A stretch of 64,000 nt of DNA, taken from positions 448,001-512,000 of the forward strand of contig OZ252243.1 in NCBI GenBank assembly GCA_965249555.1, in the 5' to 3' direction. The notes under the pieces are model-generated. The model had not been told where the DNA came from. It searched no databases and was given only the letters and a program-made list of their open reading frames with translations. Position numbers and translations under genes: made by a program. This document shows positions 32,827-42,925 of this stretch, in pieces (the first letter of the stretch is position 1; each line of letters starts with the position of its first letter). The stretch is from Nitrosopumilus sp. Its GTDB lineage: Archaea > Thermoproteota > Nitrososphaeria > Nitrososphaerales > Nitrosopumilaceae.

Positions 32827-34524
32827 CTATTGTCCAAATGGAGTTTTTAGAGATATTCCACCAACTGGCACATTAGGTGCAGGGTTTGTATCTCCAATAG
32901 GTTCCTCAGTAATCACAATTGCATCATAAATCCAAGGATTTACCATTGGTTGTGAGAACAAGAGTTTTCCTTCATGATTTGCTTTGCCTAGACTTAGCTT
33001 ATAGCCAGTATCCATATCGACAAGCCATCCTTCAAGAATCATTCCTGATGAAACACCTTTGATGTTTGTAATCACTTTGACTTGATCATTGGCATCTACT
33101 GCTATAGAAAAAGTTCCAACAGTTTTACCTCCAAAGGGGGCATCACCTGCAGGAGCAGTCAAATCACCTTTCATATGATTAGATTCCATCATTTTGTCAT
33201 CCATCATTTTGTCATCCATCATTTTGTCATCCATCATTTTGTCATCCATCATTTTGTCATCCATCATTTTGTCATCCATCATTTTGTCATCCATCATTTT
33301 GTCATCCATCATTTTGTCATCCATCATTTTGTCATCCATCATTTTGTCATCCATCATGTGATCATCTTTCATCATGGCATTTACTTCAACAAAAGGACAG
33401 TTTACAACAAAACCAGCTAAACCAGTTTCTAGTTTACCTTTTGATGCTGCTTGAGAAATTTCACTTACAGTCTTAAGAAAATCTGCGCTGTCAGGATTAT
33501 CCCATGTTGCAGTTTGAATTCTCCAAAGTGGACTATAGAATTGATCACCTATAGTTGTTGAGCCAATACTTGCTTGAAATCCAAGTGGACCATTACCTTC
33601 TAAACCGTTTGTAAATACATACAAGTCTGATGAAGATGCAGTTGCAAGCGTATCTTGAATTCTAGGGGCATAAATTATACCCAATTCATTTGCAACATCT
33701 TTACTTGATGCTTCAGTGGCAATGTAATAGATAGTATCACCATTTGGTGCAAAACCTCTGTGTGCAACAAATGTCACTTTCATGTTTTCAAGATCAATGT
33801 TTGTGATTTGCCCACCACCATAAGGATCATCATTGCTAATGTGTGAATTTTCTCGAAGTTGGAGTTGGCCACCATTCCATTTTACAAATGGACAGTTGAC
33901 AATCACTCCTGCTTCTTCAAATGATAGTTCACCATTGCTTTGAGCTGTGAGAATTTCCATTTCAGATTTTAATTCTCTTGGTTCAAATCCTTCATTCCAG
34001 GTTACGGCATTTACATTCCATAATGGACTGTATTTTTCATCACCTGGTTGAGAGTCGGCAACTTGAGGTTGAAACCCAAAGGCACCAGAACCTTCAACAC
34101 CATTGGTAAATGCATAGATTTGTGCAAGTGATTCTTCTGGAGTGAATGCTAATGCTGGAGTATGAGTAACTCTAAATCCTGTAAGGTCAGTTAGATGATT
34201 TGCAACTTCTTCAACAGATGCTTCAGTGGAAATGTAAAAAACTTCATTTCCATCTACATACCCCATTGTTAGTGGAATGTCAAGAGGTAAATTAACATCA
34301 GAAAGATGTGGTTGCATTTTTGATTTTGTCATACTGGATTGTGATTTTACTTCTGAGCACAATTTATCACCACATACAACAGAGCCAGCAGAACCAACCT
34401 TGGTCAAAGGATTACCAGCACTTTTCAGTGCTTCAGCATTTGGAATCAAATCTACAGATGTAGCTGCAGCAGATGTCATAAGAACAGTCATAATGAATAG
34501 GACTGAGATTGTTTTGTTCGTCAT
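32827..34524 (-). CDS. Secreted protein with a duplicated domain (YISTEAS...YSPLW...VNCPFV) and a Met-rich repeat; possible metal binder
   Basis: Signal peptide, thaumarchaeal VCGDKLC motif, two internal repeats and (MMDDK)11. Confidence 0.75.
   Translation of the reverse strand: MTNKTISVLFIMTVLMTSAAATSVDLIPNAEALKSAGNPLTKVGSAGSVVCGDKLCSEVKSQSSMTKSKMQPHLSDVNLPLDIPLTMGYVDGNEVFYISTEASVEEVANHLTDLTGFRVTHTPALAFTPEESLAQIYAFTNGVEGSGAFGFQPQVADSQPGDEKYSPLWNVNAVTWNEGFEPRELKSEMEILTAQSNGELSFEEAGVIVNCPFVKWNGGQLQLRENSHISNDDPYGGGQITNIDLENMKVTFVAHRGFAPNGDTIYYIATEASSKDVANELGIIYAPRIQDTLATASSSDLYVFTNGLEGNGPLGFQASIGSTTIGDQFYSPLWRIQTATWDNPDSADFLKTVSEISQAASKGKLETGLAGFVVNCPFVEVNAMMKDDHMMDDKMMDDKMMDDKMMDDKMMDDKMMDDKMMDDKMMDDKMMDDKMMDDKMMDDKMMESNHMKGDLTAPAGDAPFGGKTVGTFSIAVDANDQVKVITNIKGVSSGMILEGWLVDMDTGYKLSLGKANHEGKLLFSQPMVNPWIYDAIVITEEPIGDTNPAPNVPVGGISLKTPFGQ
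33185..33357. repeat. Perfect 15-bp tandem repeat, 11.5 copies, encoding MMDDK
   Basis: (TCCATCATTTTGTCA)n read directly. Confidence 0.97.
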
Positions 34525-34726
34525 TAAACGAAACAGCAAGTTTTGTTATTAAGCCACTTTACCAATTTTGACCCCAATCTTTTCAAAAATAATCTTTTAA
34601 AAAATAAAAAAATATTTGGTAAGATAGATTTATTCTAACAAAAAATCAACTACAATGATTCGGTTCAAAATTCCACTCTTATTCATTTTTTTATGAATTT
34701 GAATCGAATCAATATTCTAAATCATA

Positions 34727-35596
34727 CTATTTTTTACCAATAATCAAATCTACTTTATAGTTCAAAGTAGCACGTGGATTTAATTTTAAATTCCAGGGAA
34801 TATATGATGGATTTTTTGTTTTGGATAAAATTTTGAATCCAAAATTACACAAATTTGTGCGTAATGTATCTTCATCTAGTTTTTTAACAGAATTTGTACC
34901 TCTATCAAAATCATATGGATCAGAGATTACAAAATGACCAGTAGAGATTTGTTTTGATACTTGTTTTAGCAGATCAAGTGGTTCTACTAATTCTAAAATA
35001 TTTAATGCAAGTATTAAATCAAATTGTAATTTTCCAAAAACAGGAGATAGTGAATCAGCTACAATGTAATCAAGATTGTTTTTAAAAGATTTTTTTGCAT
35101 AACAAAGTGCACTAAATGATCTATCAATTCCAAACACCATATCATGGCAATCAGCCAAAGAGGATGTAATAATTCCAATTGAGCAACCATACTCCAAGAC
35201 AAGTTTTGATTTTGCAATGAAACCAATATTTTTTTTAATTATAGTATAGAATTTGGAACTTTTGTTATTTTGATATATTTTAGACCATCTTTCCTCAAGT
35301 GCAGTTCTATCATCATTGGTTTGTTTAGTTTTGGATAATGAAAATTTTAAAAATTTTTTCATTTTTCCAGTATTAGATAATCTATAGAGTTTACCACCCA
35401 AAACTTTACGAGAGGAAAGATATTTAGAAAAATCATCCCATAAAATTGGAATTTTCTCAATGATTGGAAATATCAAATTGCATTTTTTGCATTCTAAAAT
35501 CCCTTCTTCAATTTCTTGATCAACTTTGAATACATCTAATTCTAGTTTAGAACCGCATCTAACGCATTTTATGAATTTAATACTAGATTCTAGCAT
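34727..35596 (-). CDS. Trm112-like zinc finger fused to a class I methyltransferase
   Basis: CVRC...EGILECKKC...FPI..KIP and LEYGCSIG motifs. Confidence 0.75.
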   Translation of the reverse strand: MLESSIKFIKCVRCGSKLELDVFKVDQEIEEGILECKKCNLIFPIIEKIPILWDDFSKYLSSRKVLGGKLYRLSNTGKMKKFLKFSLSKTKQTNDDRTALEERWSKIYQNNKSSKFYTIIKKNIGFIAKSKLVLEYGCSIGIITSSLADCHDMVFGIDRSFSALCYAKKSFKNNLDYIVADSLSPVFGKLQFDLILALNILELVEPLDLLKQVSKQISTGHFVISDPYDFDRGTNSVKKLDEDTLRTNLCNFGFKILSKTKNPSYIPWNLKLNPRATLNYKVDLIIGKK

Positions 35597-35691
35597 TTCA
35601 GATAACAAATCAATTATTTGTAAACTAATAATTTTTTTGATACAAAAAACCAAGATAATGTTAAATGTAGTATTTTTTGATTTTATTCAAA

Positions 35692-36888
35692 TTGGGAGAA
35701 TTTCAAGAGTTTGCCGAGGCACTATTTGGTCAATTATCAGTCGAAATTGATGAAGAAAAAGAGATTGCAGAGTTAGCAATCAAAGCCAAAGAAGGTATTG
35801 CAGATAAAGTACAGTTCAAGGAATTGGAAGATATTGCTAAAGAAATTTTTCCAATTTTCAAAGATAAGATAGAAGAATATCTGGGTGTTAAAGTTCCTGA
35901 TAATCTACAATTAAAATTTCTAGAATTAACAGATTTAAAGAAAATGAAAGGAGACAAAGTCTTTGCAGACAAGGATGCAAAAGAGTTTGTTACAGAATTA
36001 TTTTACGCAGTTGCAAAAGAAGATCTAAAAAAGATTGCAGAATTAATGGAGCAAGACACTACAAAGTATTTGGTATATTCAACATATGCAATTCAATACA
36101 TCTCAAAAATTACAACAACATATGGAGATTATCTTGATTCTGTAATTTATCTAAACAAATTCATTTTATCAAAATATCCACAGATAATTCTACATAAACA
36201 AGGAGAACCATACGAATCAAGATTTGAAAATGTAAGTTCTGGATATCGAGGTGCAGTGAAGATGACAGTCTTGGAGGAATTAATTCATTCGGCACAAGGA
36301 AATCTACAACAAGTAAACAAGGATGCTGCAATGCAAGTAAACAAAATCAATGAGGAACTAGCAAGTATAATTTTGTCACTGGATGCCGATACAGTCAACA
36401 AGCTTTCAGAATATTGCCAGTTACAAGCAGTACCAGATAATTTCCCATTTGCAAAAAAAGCAAATCTATTTTTCTTTTTGAATCCAGATCATTTTCTAAT
36501 TGAACAGATTGGGCCAGATGTTATGACATTTACACATGTAGAGATAGATCCAAAGATAGGAGAATTAATTCCACAACTGTTAGGTATTTACAAGAAATGG
36601 CTTGTTCCAATTCAACAACACCATGCAGCATTTACGGCTATGGAAGGAATGGCAAGTTTTGCAGTTGAGAATATCTTAAAAGACGATGAAGATTTTCAAA
36701 ATTATCTTACCACGTTTATGGGAACAGACATCTCATCATATCAAGTCAGAAAGAGTATGGGAAAAGACTTTACCAGAATAGTATACGAAAAACTAGGCAA
36801 AGACACATTCAAAAAAATGATTGAAATTCCTCCAAATACCAGAGAGCTCAAGGATCCCCAATTATACCTCAAAAAGATGAGTTTGTGA
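35692..36888 (+). CDS. Hypothetical protein, zincin-like
   Basis: EELIH followed by MEGMA, a variant metallopeptidase pattern. Confidence 0.55.
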   Translation: MGEFQEFAEALFGQLSVEIDEEKEIAELAIKAKEGIADKVQFKELEDIAKEIFPIFKDKIEEYLGVKVPDNLQLKFLELTDLKKMKGDKVFADKDAKEFVTELFYAVAKEDLKKIAELMEQDTTKYLVYSTYAIQYISKITTTYGDYLDSVIYLNKFILSKYPQIILHKQGEPYESRFENVSSGYRGAVKMTVLEELIHSAQGNLQQVNKDAAMQVNKINEELASIILSLDADTVNKLSEYCQLQAVPDNFPFAKKANLFFFLNPDHFLIEQIGPDVMTFTHVEIDPKIGELIPQLLGIYKKWLVPIQQHHAAFTAMEGMASFAVENILKDDEDFQNYLTTFMGTDISSYQVRKSMGKDFTRIVYEKLGKDTFKKMIEIPPNTRELKDPQLYLKKMSL

Positions 36889-36891
36889 TAA

Positions 36892-37710
36892 TTGGAAGAA
36901 GAGTTTGATCCATTTGTTGCAGAATGGCTTTCATTTGTTAAAAATCCAAATTTCAACCTAGTTGAAAAATGTCTAAAATTTGCTCAGATTTTAGAATATC
37001 CAGATCTAGATGTAGAGAAGTACATTCAGAAAATAAATCGAATAGGAATGTCTCTAAAAGAGTCAATTAGTGATGTGAAAAATCCAACATATCTAATTTC
37101 AATGTTAAATGAACATCTCTTTGAAAATTTAGGCTTTAGTGGAGATGATGATGATTACTTTAATCCAAAGAACAGTTTTCTAAATGAAGTTATTGATAAA
37201 AAATTAGGTCTCCCCATTACTATCTCAATTCTTTATGTTGAAGTTGCAAAGTTTATTGGGTTGGAACTGAAAATTGTTGGATTTCCAAGTCATATTCTGG
37301 TAAAATATAATGAAGAGATGATTTTAGATCCATTTCATGATGGAGAACTATTAGATGTAGATGACTTGCAACAAATTCTAGATGTTAATTTTGATGAGCA
37401 AATAAAGTTTCAACCAGAGTTCCTTGATGAGATAAAACCAGAACAAATTCTTCTTAGAATGACTCGTAACTTGAAAAATTCTTATGTACAATCATTTGTT
37501 TATGACAAAGCACTTCGATGTACTAACATAGTTTTAGCAATTGAACCTGAATCTCCAGAAGATATTAGAGATAAGGGAATTATAGAAGAAAGATTACACA
37601 ATTCTGAAGTTGCACTAAAATATTTGAATAGATATTTAGAAATTAGTCCAAACGCAGAAGATATTGATTTTATTTTAGAAATGATAAGAAGTATAAAGAC
37701 TAAAAATTAG
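36892..37710 (+). CDS. SirB1/transglutaminase-like protein with TPR
   Basis: GLPITISILY, GFPSH, LDPF and a C-terminal TPR (RDKG..YL). Confidence 0.85.
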   Translation: MEEEFDPFVAEWLSFVKNPNFNLVEKCLKFAQILEYPDLDVEKYIQKINRIGMSLKESISDVKNPTYLISMLNEHLFENLGFSGDDDDYFNPKNSFLNEVIDKKLGLPITISILYVEVAKFIGLELKIVGFPSHILVKYNEEMILDPFHDGELLDVDDLQQILDVNFDEQIKFQPEFLDEIKPEQILLRMTRNLKNSYVQSFVYDKALRCTNIVLAIEPESPEDIRDKGIIEERLHNSEVALKYLNRYLEISPNAEDIDFILEMIRSIKTKN

Positions 37711-37877
37711 TCAATGATTGATTCTATTTCTTTTCCTTTCTTGATCAATGATATTTCATGACGAGCAATTTTATTTCTTATTGCTCCTTTGAGAATATCT
37801 ACTTCACTTCTGAGTAATGCAATTTCGTCTTCAAGTTTTGCAACTCGTTCATAGATTGTTTCAGCTTCGGTACTCAT
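37707..37877 (-). CDS. Small coiled-coil protein (56 aa, not in ORF track)
   Basis: MSTEAETIYERVAKLEDEIALLRSEVDILK..., a clean ORF filling the intergenic gap. Confidence 0.65.
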   Translation of the reverse strand: MSTEAETIYERVAKLEDEIALLRSEVDILKGAIRNKIARHEISLIKKGKEIESIID

Positions 37878-37951
37878 AATTATCTATCAACAAAAAATTG
37901 TCTTAAAAAGCTATTGGTGAATTTGTTAATTGGTAGGCTCCGCTTTTTGAA

Positions 37952-38113
37952 TTATATTTCAAATTCTTGGCGACATTTCTCGCATTTTCCTCGCTCTTTG
38001 CCAGGTGGACCAAGAAGGAATACTTTACCTATTGTTCTGCACATAGGACACATTCCAGTTGTTGCATTTTTAGGACCAGTTCGAATAATTTTTTGAGTTT
38101 TTCTTCGTCCCAT
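37952..38113 (-). CDS. Small basic zinc-ribbon protein, Elf1-like (53 aa, not in ORF track)
   Basis: MGRRKTQKIIRTGPKNATTGMCPMC...GKCEKCRQEFEI. Confidence 0.7.
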   Translation of the reverse strand: MGRRKTQKIIRTGPKNATTGMCPMCRTIGKVFLLGPPGKERGKCEKCRQEFEI

Positions 38114-38152
38114 GAAAAAACTTTGATTATCGGTCTATTAAGTTTAATTTAA

Positions 38153-38239
38153 TGGCGCGGGGAGGGGGATTCGAACCCCCGTGTCCTTGCGAACATGGAA
38201 TTAGCAATCCCACGCCCTACCAGGCTAGGCGACCCCCGC
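38153..38239 (-). tRNA. tRNA-Ser(GCT) with encoded CCA
   Basis: tggga-TTGCTAA-ttcca anticodon arm, long variable arm, GGTTCGAATCC, G discriminator. Confidence 0.95.
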
Positions 38240-38272
38240 ACAAAGATGCATAGAATTGATCTGTAAATAAAT

Positions 38273-39019
38273 TCACTCGTCGTAGAATTGACTATAGGTA
38301 TTCATGATTTCATCAATAGGGAGTCTTTTTCCGCCTACAATTTTGAGATCTACCTGTACCTTTTTGTTAGAAATAGTAAGAATATTGTAGGTGTTTTCAA
38401 ACAATCCACGAAGTCGTTCAGATGTAGCAGTTCCAGCATTAACAACAGTTAATTTTCCAAAATTCCAAGCCCAAGGCCTGTGTTTGTGTCCACACAAAAC
38501 TACATCAACTTTAGTATCCAAAATTGTTCTTAGAATATCACCAGCATCGACAACAGTGAGCTGATCAGAGCCAGTATCAGGAATTGGAATTAAGTGATGA
38601 TGCATTGCTACAATCTTTATCTGGTCTTTGTATTTTTTCATAGTTCGCTCCAACCATAAATTTTGTCGGTATCCTACTTCACCGTTATTTCTATCAGGTC
38701 TAGCAGTTCCAACTGTTACTAAAACAATATCATCATCTAACTCATTGATTGTTTCAAATGGAAAGAATTTTTTGAACAACAAATAACCAGTGTTTCTATA
38801 ATCATGATTTCCACTAATTGAAATAATTTTTTTTGTGTTAAATTGTGTTAGTAGTGATTTACATTTTTCATATTCTTTCATCAAACCTTCGTTAGTTAGA
38901 TCACCTGTAATTACAATTACATCAGGATTTAGTTCGTTTACCTCTTTGACTATTGTTTCAAATACTTTTGGTTGAAACTGAGAACCTACATGAAGATCCG
39001 AGAGTTGTACAATAATCAT
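38273..39019 (-). CDS. Calcineurin-like metallophosphoesterase
   Basis: SDLH, GDL, GNHD, HHH and GHKH motifs. Confidence 0.9.
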   Translation of the reverse strand: MIIVQLSDLHVGSQFQPKVFETIVKEVNELNPDVIVITGDLTNEGLMKEYEKCKSLLTQFNTKKIISISGNHDYRNTGYLLFKKFFPFETINELDDDIVLVTVGTARPDRNNGEVGYRQNLWLERTMKKYKDQIKIVAMHHHLIPIPDTGSDQLTVVDAGDILRTILDTKVDVVLCGHKHRPWAWNFGKLTVVNAGTATSERLRGLFENTYNILTISNKKVQVDLKIVGGKRLPIDEIMNTYSQFYDE

Positions 39020-39142
39020 CTTCTATCAAAATGAAATCAAATTATGTTAATAAATTACTCTTATAGAAAATATAGAATACAAAAAAATGGTTTCTATGGC
39101 AAGGGTAGAATTAAATACGCTCAATCAGCAAATTACGCTGAA

Positions 39143-40171
39143 ATGGGTAAAAAAGCAGCCGTGATAAATGGCGATGGAACAGGTCCTGAATTAGTTGATG
39201 CTGTGATTCAAGTTTTAGAAGCATGTAATACCCAAATTGATCTTATTCGTTGTGAAGCAGGATCAGAGCAATGGGGAAAAAATGGCGGAGCCACATACAT
39301 TCCTGAGGCCACATCAAAAATTATGGATGAAAGTGATGCTTGCTACAAAGGCCCCACTACAACAATACCATCACCTGATGCTCCAAGAAGTGTAGCAGTT
39401 TCTACACGACAAAAATTTGAACTATACGCAAATGTCAGACCAATTAAGACATATGACAGACTCTCACCAAACACAAGTCTTGATTTTGTATGTTTTAGGG
39501 AAGCAACTGAAGGATTGTATGCAGGAATTGAGTTTGATACATCTGAAGATTCTGCCATAGCAATTAGAAAAATAACAAGAAAAGGTTGTAAAAGAATAGT
39601 AGATTCGGCATTTGAATGGGCAAAAAAATATGGATTGAAAAAAGTAACAGCAATTACAAAGCGAAATATTCTAAAAAGAACTGATGGAATTTTTTGGAGT
39701 GAAGTAGAAAGAGCTGCACAAGAAAATCCAGGAATTGAGATTGAAGAATACTATATAGATAATATGACTCAGCAATTAGTAAAAAATCCTGAGAGATTCA
39801 ATAATTCTGTTTTATTAAGTACAAATCTGTTTATGGATATCATATCAGAATGTGCTTCTGGAAGTATTGGTTCAATTGGAAATGTTTACTCTGCAAATAT
39901 TGGTGATAATTATGCCATGTTTGAGCCAGCACATGGAAGTGCACCAAAATACAAAGGAATGGATAAAGTAAATCCTACTGCTGCAATTTTATCAGGAGCA
40001 TGGATGGCAGAATATCTTGATGAACCTGAAATTAAAGACGCAATTTTCAAAGCCACAGATGAAGTAATTAATGAAGGAAAATTTGTAACGTACGATATTG
40101 GTGGCAATGCCAAATCAAGTGAAATGACTGACGCAATTGCAAAACGTTCTGCTGAACTATTAAAAAAATAA
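39143..40171 (+). CDS. Isocitrate/homoisocitrate/isopropylmalate dehydrogenase family
   Basis: GDGTGPE, REATEGLY and FEPAHGSAP motifs. Start placed at MGKK. Confidence 0.9.
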   Translation: MGKKAAVINGDGTGPELVDAVIQVLEACNTQIDLIRCEAGSEQWGKNGGATYIPEATSKIMDESDACYKGPTTTIPSPDAPRSVAVSTRQKFELYANVRPIKTYDRLSPNTSLDFVCFREATEGLYAGIEFDTSEDSAIAIRKITRKGCKRIVDSAFEWAKKYGLKKVTAITKRNILKRTDGIFWSEVERAAQENPGIEIEEYYIDNMTQQLVKNPERFNNSVLLSTNLFMDIISECASGSIGSIGNVYSANIGDNYAMFEPAHGSAPKYKGMDKVNPTAAILSGAWMAEYLDEPEIKDAIFKATDEVINEGKFVTYDIGGNAKSSEMTDAIAKRSAELLKK

Positions 40172-40705
40172 TTACTTTTTCACTTCAACAAGTATCAATT
40201 CCTCAAAAAATAATTTCTTTTTTGCAATAATTTTTGCTGTCAATCCTTCTTTTTTTGTTGAATCAATTAATGCTTGATAGTTTGATAGCGAAGATGTAAC
40301 AAAAAGGAATTTTCCTGTTGTATTTAGGCACGGAATAGCTGATTTTATTATTTTTAGAGGTATTTCAAGTCCTTCTGCACCACCATCTGTTGCAATATCT
40401 AAAATCTCATCAGTTGCAAGATAAGGTAGATTACAAACAATAAGATCAAATTTTATTTTTAATGCATCTGAACCATTACAGCAAATGAGATTTTTTGTTT
40501 TGTAAGTTTGATGTTTTAAGACTTTATAGTTAATGTCAGTTCCAACTACAAAAGAAAAGTTCTCAGAGAGGAATTTTGTTAGATATCCAGAACCACTTCC
40601 TATATCTAATGCAAAATCTCCTTTTTCATTTTCAATGTTATCTACTAGAAAAAAAGTATCCTCCGATGGAGGATACTCATCATTTTTCAAGGATTTGGTT
40701 TGCAA
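40172..40705 (-). CDS. HemK/Mtq2-like protein methyltransferase
   Basis: YPPSEDT, LDIGSGSG, NLPY, DGG and FFE motifs. Confidence 0.85.
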   Translation of the reverse strand: MQTKSLKNDEYPPSEDTFFLVDNIENEKGDFALDIGSGSGYLTKFLSENFSFVVGTDINYKVLKHQTYKTKNLICCNGSDALKIKFDLIVCNLPYLATDEILDIATDGGAEGLEIPLKIIKSAIPCLNTTGKFLFVTSSLSNYQALIDSTKKEGLTAKIIAKKKLFFEELILVEVKK

Positions 40706-41387
40706 GTTGAATTATTTCATCTCCTGAAAGATCGTCTACTCGTTTATCTATTACAGTTTCCTTGTTGAATTGTTTTAGAATATTTTTGATAGTTTTTCGT
40801 CTATATGAAAAAATTTTGTTGATTGTTTGAATTAGATCTTTGTTCATTGTGTTTTTTTGTATTATTTTTAGAATTACAGAGTCAACTTTTGGAGAAGGAG
40901 AAAAATTATTTTTTCCCACCTTAGAGATCTTGGTAATTTCAAAGGCATGACTGGCAACAACACTTACAGCTTTTCTCTTCTTTGAGGATTGTGCAAGTAG
41001 TTTATCAGCAAATTCTTTTTGAACCATTATCACACCATGAGAAAAAGAAGTTTGTGCAAGCCATTCTATTGCATCTTTACTCTTAGAGTATGGCAAATTA
41101 GATACAAAAATAGAGAAAGAGTCTTTTTTCTTAAGGCCATCACCTGACTTTAAGATGAGATTATCAATATTAGAGAACGCAGTTTTTGCATTTTTAACTA
41201 GTTTTTCATCTATGTCAACTGAGATCACTTTGTTTGCTCTCTCACAGAGTAATGGAGTTAAGATTCCTAATCCTGTTCCCAACTCAAATACAATATCTCT
41301 TTTTGTGATTTTAGCCTCAGAAACAATCGATTCGGCTATTGAATTTGAGTTAAGAAAGTGTTGTCCAAGTTGTTTTCGTTTTATCAT
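40680..41387 (-). CDS. ksgA: 16S rRNA dimethyladenosine transferase
   Basis: LGQHFL, ELGTGLG, SNLPY, MVQKEFA and F.P.PKVDS motifs. Confidence 0.92.
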   Translation of the reverse strand: MIKRKQLGQHFLNSNSIAESIVSEAKITKRDIVFELGTGLGILTPLLCERANKVISVDIDEKLVKNAKTAFSNIDNLILKSGDGLKKKDSFSIFVSNLPYSKSKDAIEWLAQTSFSHGVIMVQKEFADKLLAQSSKKRKAVSVVASHAFEITKISKVGKNNFSPSPKVDSVILKIIQKNTMNKDLIQTINKIFSYRRKTIKNILKQFNKETVIDKRVDDLSGDEIIQLANQILEK

Positions 41388-41950
41388 CGCTTTACAAAGA
41401 GATTCATTCTGCTTTGACCAGTAATTTCATCCATGATTCGTTCTGAAATATGTTTTACTGGATCTTTGAATCCAACCCTCTCTTGCAAATCTTTGTAGCT
41501 TTCAAACTTTTTCTTTTCTCTTTCTTCAAGCATTGTTTTCATGTAGGTTTTTCCAATTCCTGGAATTAATTCAAGTGCATGAATTCTTGGTGTTAATGGT
41601 CGTGCATTGTTTAGATATTCAACAAATTTTGATTCATTGATAGTTACAATATTGTCTATTACTGTATCTAATTCACTTTGGGCTGATGATGAGATATGTT
41701 CATATTCCATTTTTCCCAAGACTGATAGAACTTTGGTTCGTCCTTCTTTTCCGATATAGATTTTCTCACCTATCTCAAATGTGGAATTAGCAACTCCAAG
41801 AATTTCTAAAAGAGTCAGACGGTCTTCGCCGATAGCTGTAATTATGATTCCTTCTCTTCCTCTTACAGTAGATGATTTTCCCCTAGGATTAAAATCTAAA
41901 ACATATGCATGTTCCTCATATTTTCTAGGGGGGTTATTTGCCCTGTACAA
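41384..41950 (-). CDS. DUF655 RNA-binding protein
   Basis: AYVLD, TLLE and H.LELIPGIGK motifs. Conserved rpl21e-rpo4-DUF655-ksgA order. Confidence 0.88.
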   Translation of the reverse strand: MYRANNPPRKYEEHAYVLDFNPRGKSSTVRGREGIIITAIGEDRLTLLEILGVANSTFEIGEKIYIGKEGRTKVLSVLGKMEYEHISSSAQSELDTVIDNIVTINESKFVEYLNNARPLTPRIHALELIPGIGKTYMKTMLEEREKKKFESYKDLQERVGFKDPVKHISERIMDEITGQSRMNLFVKR

Positions 41951-41970
41951 AATAAAATATTCCTAAAAAA

Positions 41971-42297
41971 TTAAGAGTGCTCCTTAATTATCTTGAGTAT
42001 TTTTTCAAGAGTTTCGGCAAGAATTAGTTTTTTCCAGCCAAATGTGAAAGAACGTAGTTCAGCTAAACTAGTTGGTCTAATGTTTACAATTTCAACAGCT
42101 TCATCTTCTGTTAATTCACATTCTTTCATGAGTTGTTTTTTCATGTCTTTTGCTTCCTTGGAATCAATTGATACAAATTTTGAAACATAATCATAGGTCC
42201 AACGTTGGATTTGATCCATCTCCTCAACATCTACTTTACCTAAAATTTCTTTAACTTCTGAAAGAGAAATTGCTTGTTTCTTTTTTATTTCTTCCAT
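41971..42297 (-). CDS. rpo4: RNA polymerase subunit Rpo4 (F)
   Basis: ISLSEVK, YVSKF and IVNIRP...ELR motifs. Synteny. Confidence 0.88.
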   Translation of the reverse strand: MEEIKKKQAISLSEVKEILGKVDVEEMDQIQRWTYDYVSKFVSIDSKEAKDMKKQLMKECELTEDEAVEIVNIRPTSLAELRSFTFGWKKLILAETLEKILKIIKEHS

Positions 42298-42299
42298 AT

Positions 42300-42599
42300 C
42301 TATACACCGAATGGTTTGATATGATCCAATCTAGTGATTAAGGTTTTCGATTTATTTCCTAATTTCACATCAAGTGTTATAGCACGTCTACCAACGTTTG
42401 TGATGACACCAACTTTGCCGTGGTATCGTCTGTGTGGTAATCCTTTGTGCTGTCTAGGATCAATGATGACAAGTGCTTGTTGACCTTCATGGTATTCACG
42501 TAACAAGAATGAGACACCTCTTGGGGCCTTTTTCTTCATAACGGATCTGGATTTGTGTTTAAATCCATGTGAACGACCATGAGATTTCTTAGTTGCCAT
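42300..42599 (-). CDS. rpl21e: 50S ribosomal protein L21e
   Basis: IDPRQHKGLPHRRYHGKVG motif. Confidence 0.95.
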   Translation of the reverse strand: MATKKSHGRSHGFKHKSRSVMKKKAPRGVSFLLREYHEGQQALVIIDPRQHKGLPHRRYHGKVGVITNVGRRAITLDVKLGNKSKTLITRLDHIKPFGV

Positions 42600-42629
42600 T
42601 TAGTGTAAAACCTTGGAAAGCCCTATTTA

Positions 42630-42925
42630 ATACGTGGTTTTCAATGATTTGATTTTACAGGATTATTATGATTTGTTCCCAGATTTACTTTCTTTGCAAA
42701 TAATCAGAAAGTATATCATCTGTCATCTCTACAACTTTGATATCTTTTCTCACAGCCAAACTACGTAACTTCCTGGCATTTCCCTTGTTCAACAAAATAA
42801 CAACTCTCTGTTGTAATAATCCACTCTTTGCTTTCTTGAGCAACTTGAGATGAGATGACTTTGGAGAACGACTCAAAACCTTGAGATACTCTCTTCGTAA
42901 TTTCTGATCCAATGGAATGATTTTC
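42630..42925 (-). repeat. Left arm of a 296-bp inverted repeat (3' fragment of the parB-like gene plus downstream DNA)
   Basis: Reverse complement of 59752-60047. ORF 42685-42930 matches the ParB C-terminus (KIIPLDQKLRREYL...). Confidence 0.92.

Noticed and set aside
33185-33357. Possible CRISPR array
   Set aside because: Contiguous 15-bp units with no spacers, in frame within a CDS.
33082-33420. His-rich (HHFVI)n ORF
   Set aside because: Antisense shadow of the MMDDK repeat.
37914-38152. Two plus-strand ~60-aa ORFs
   Set aside because: Shadows of the minus-strand zinc-ribbon gene.
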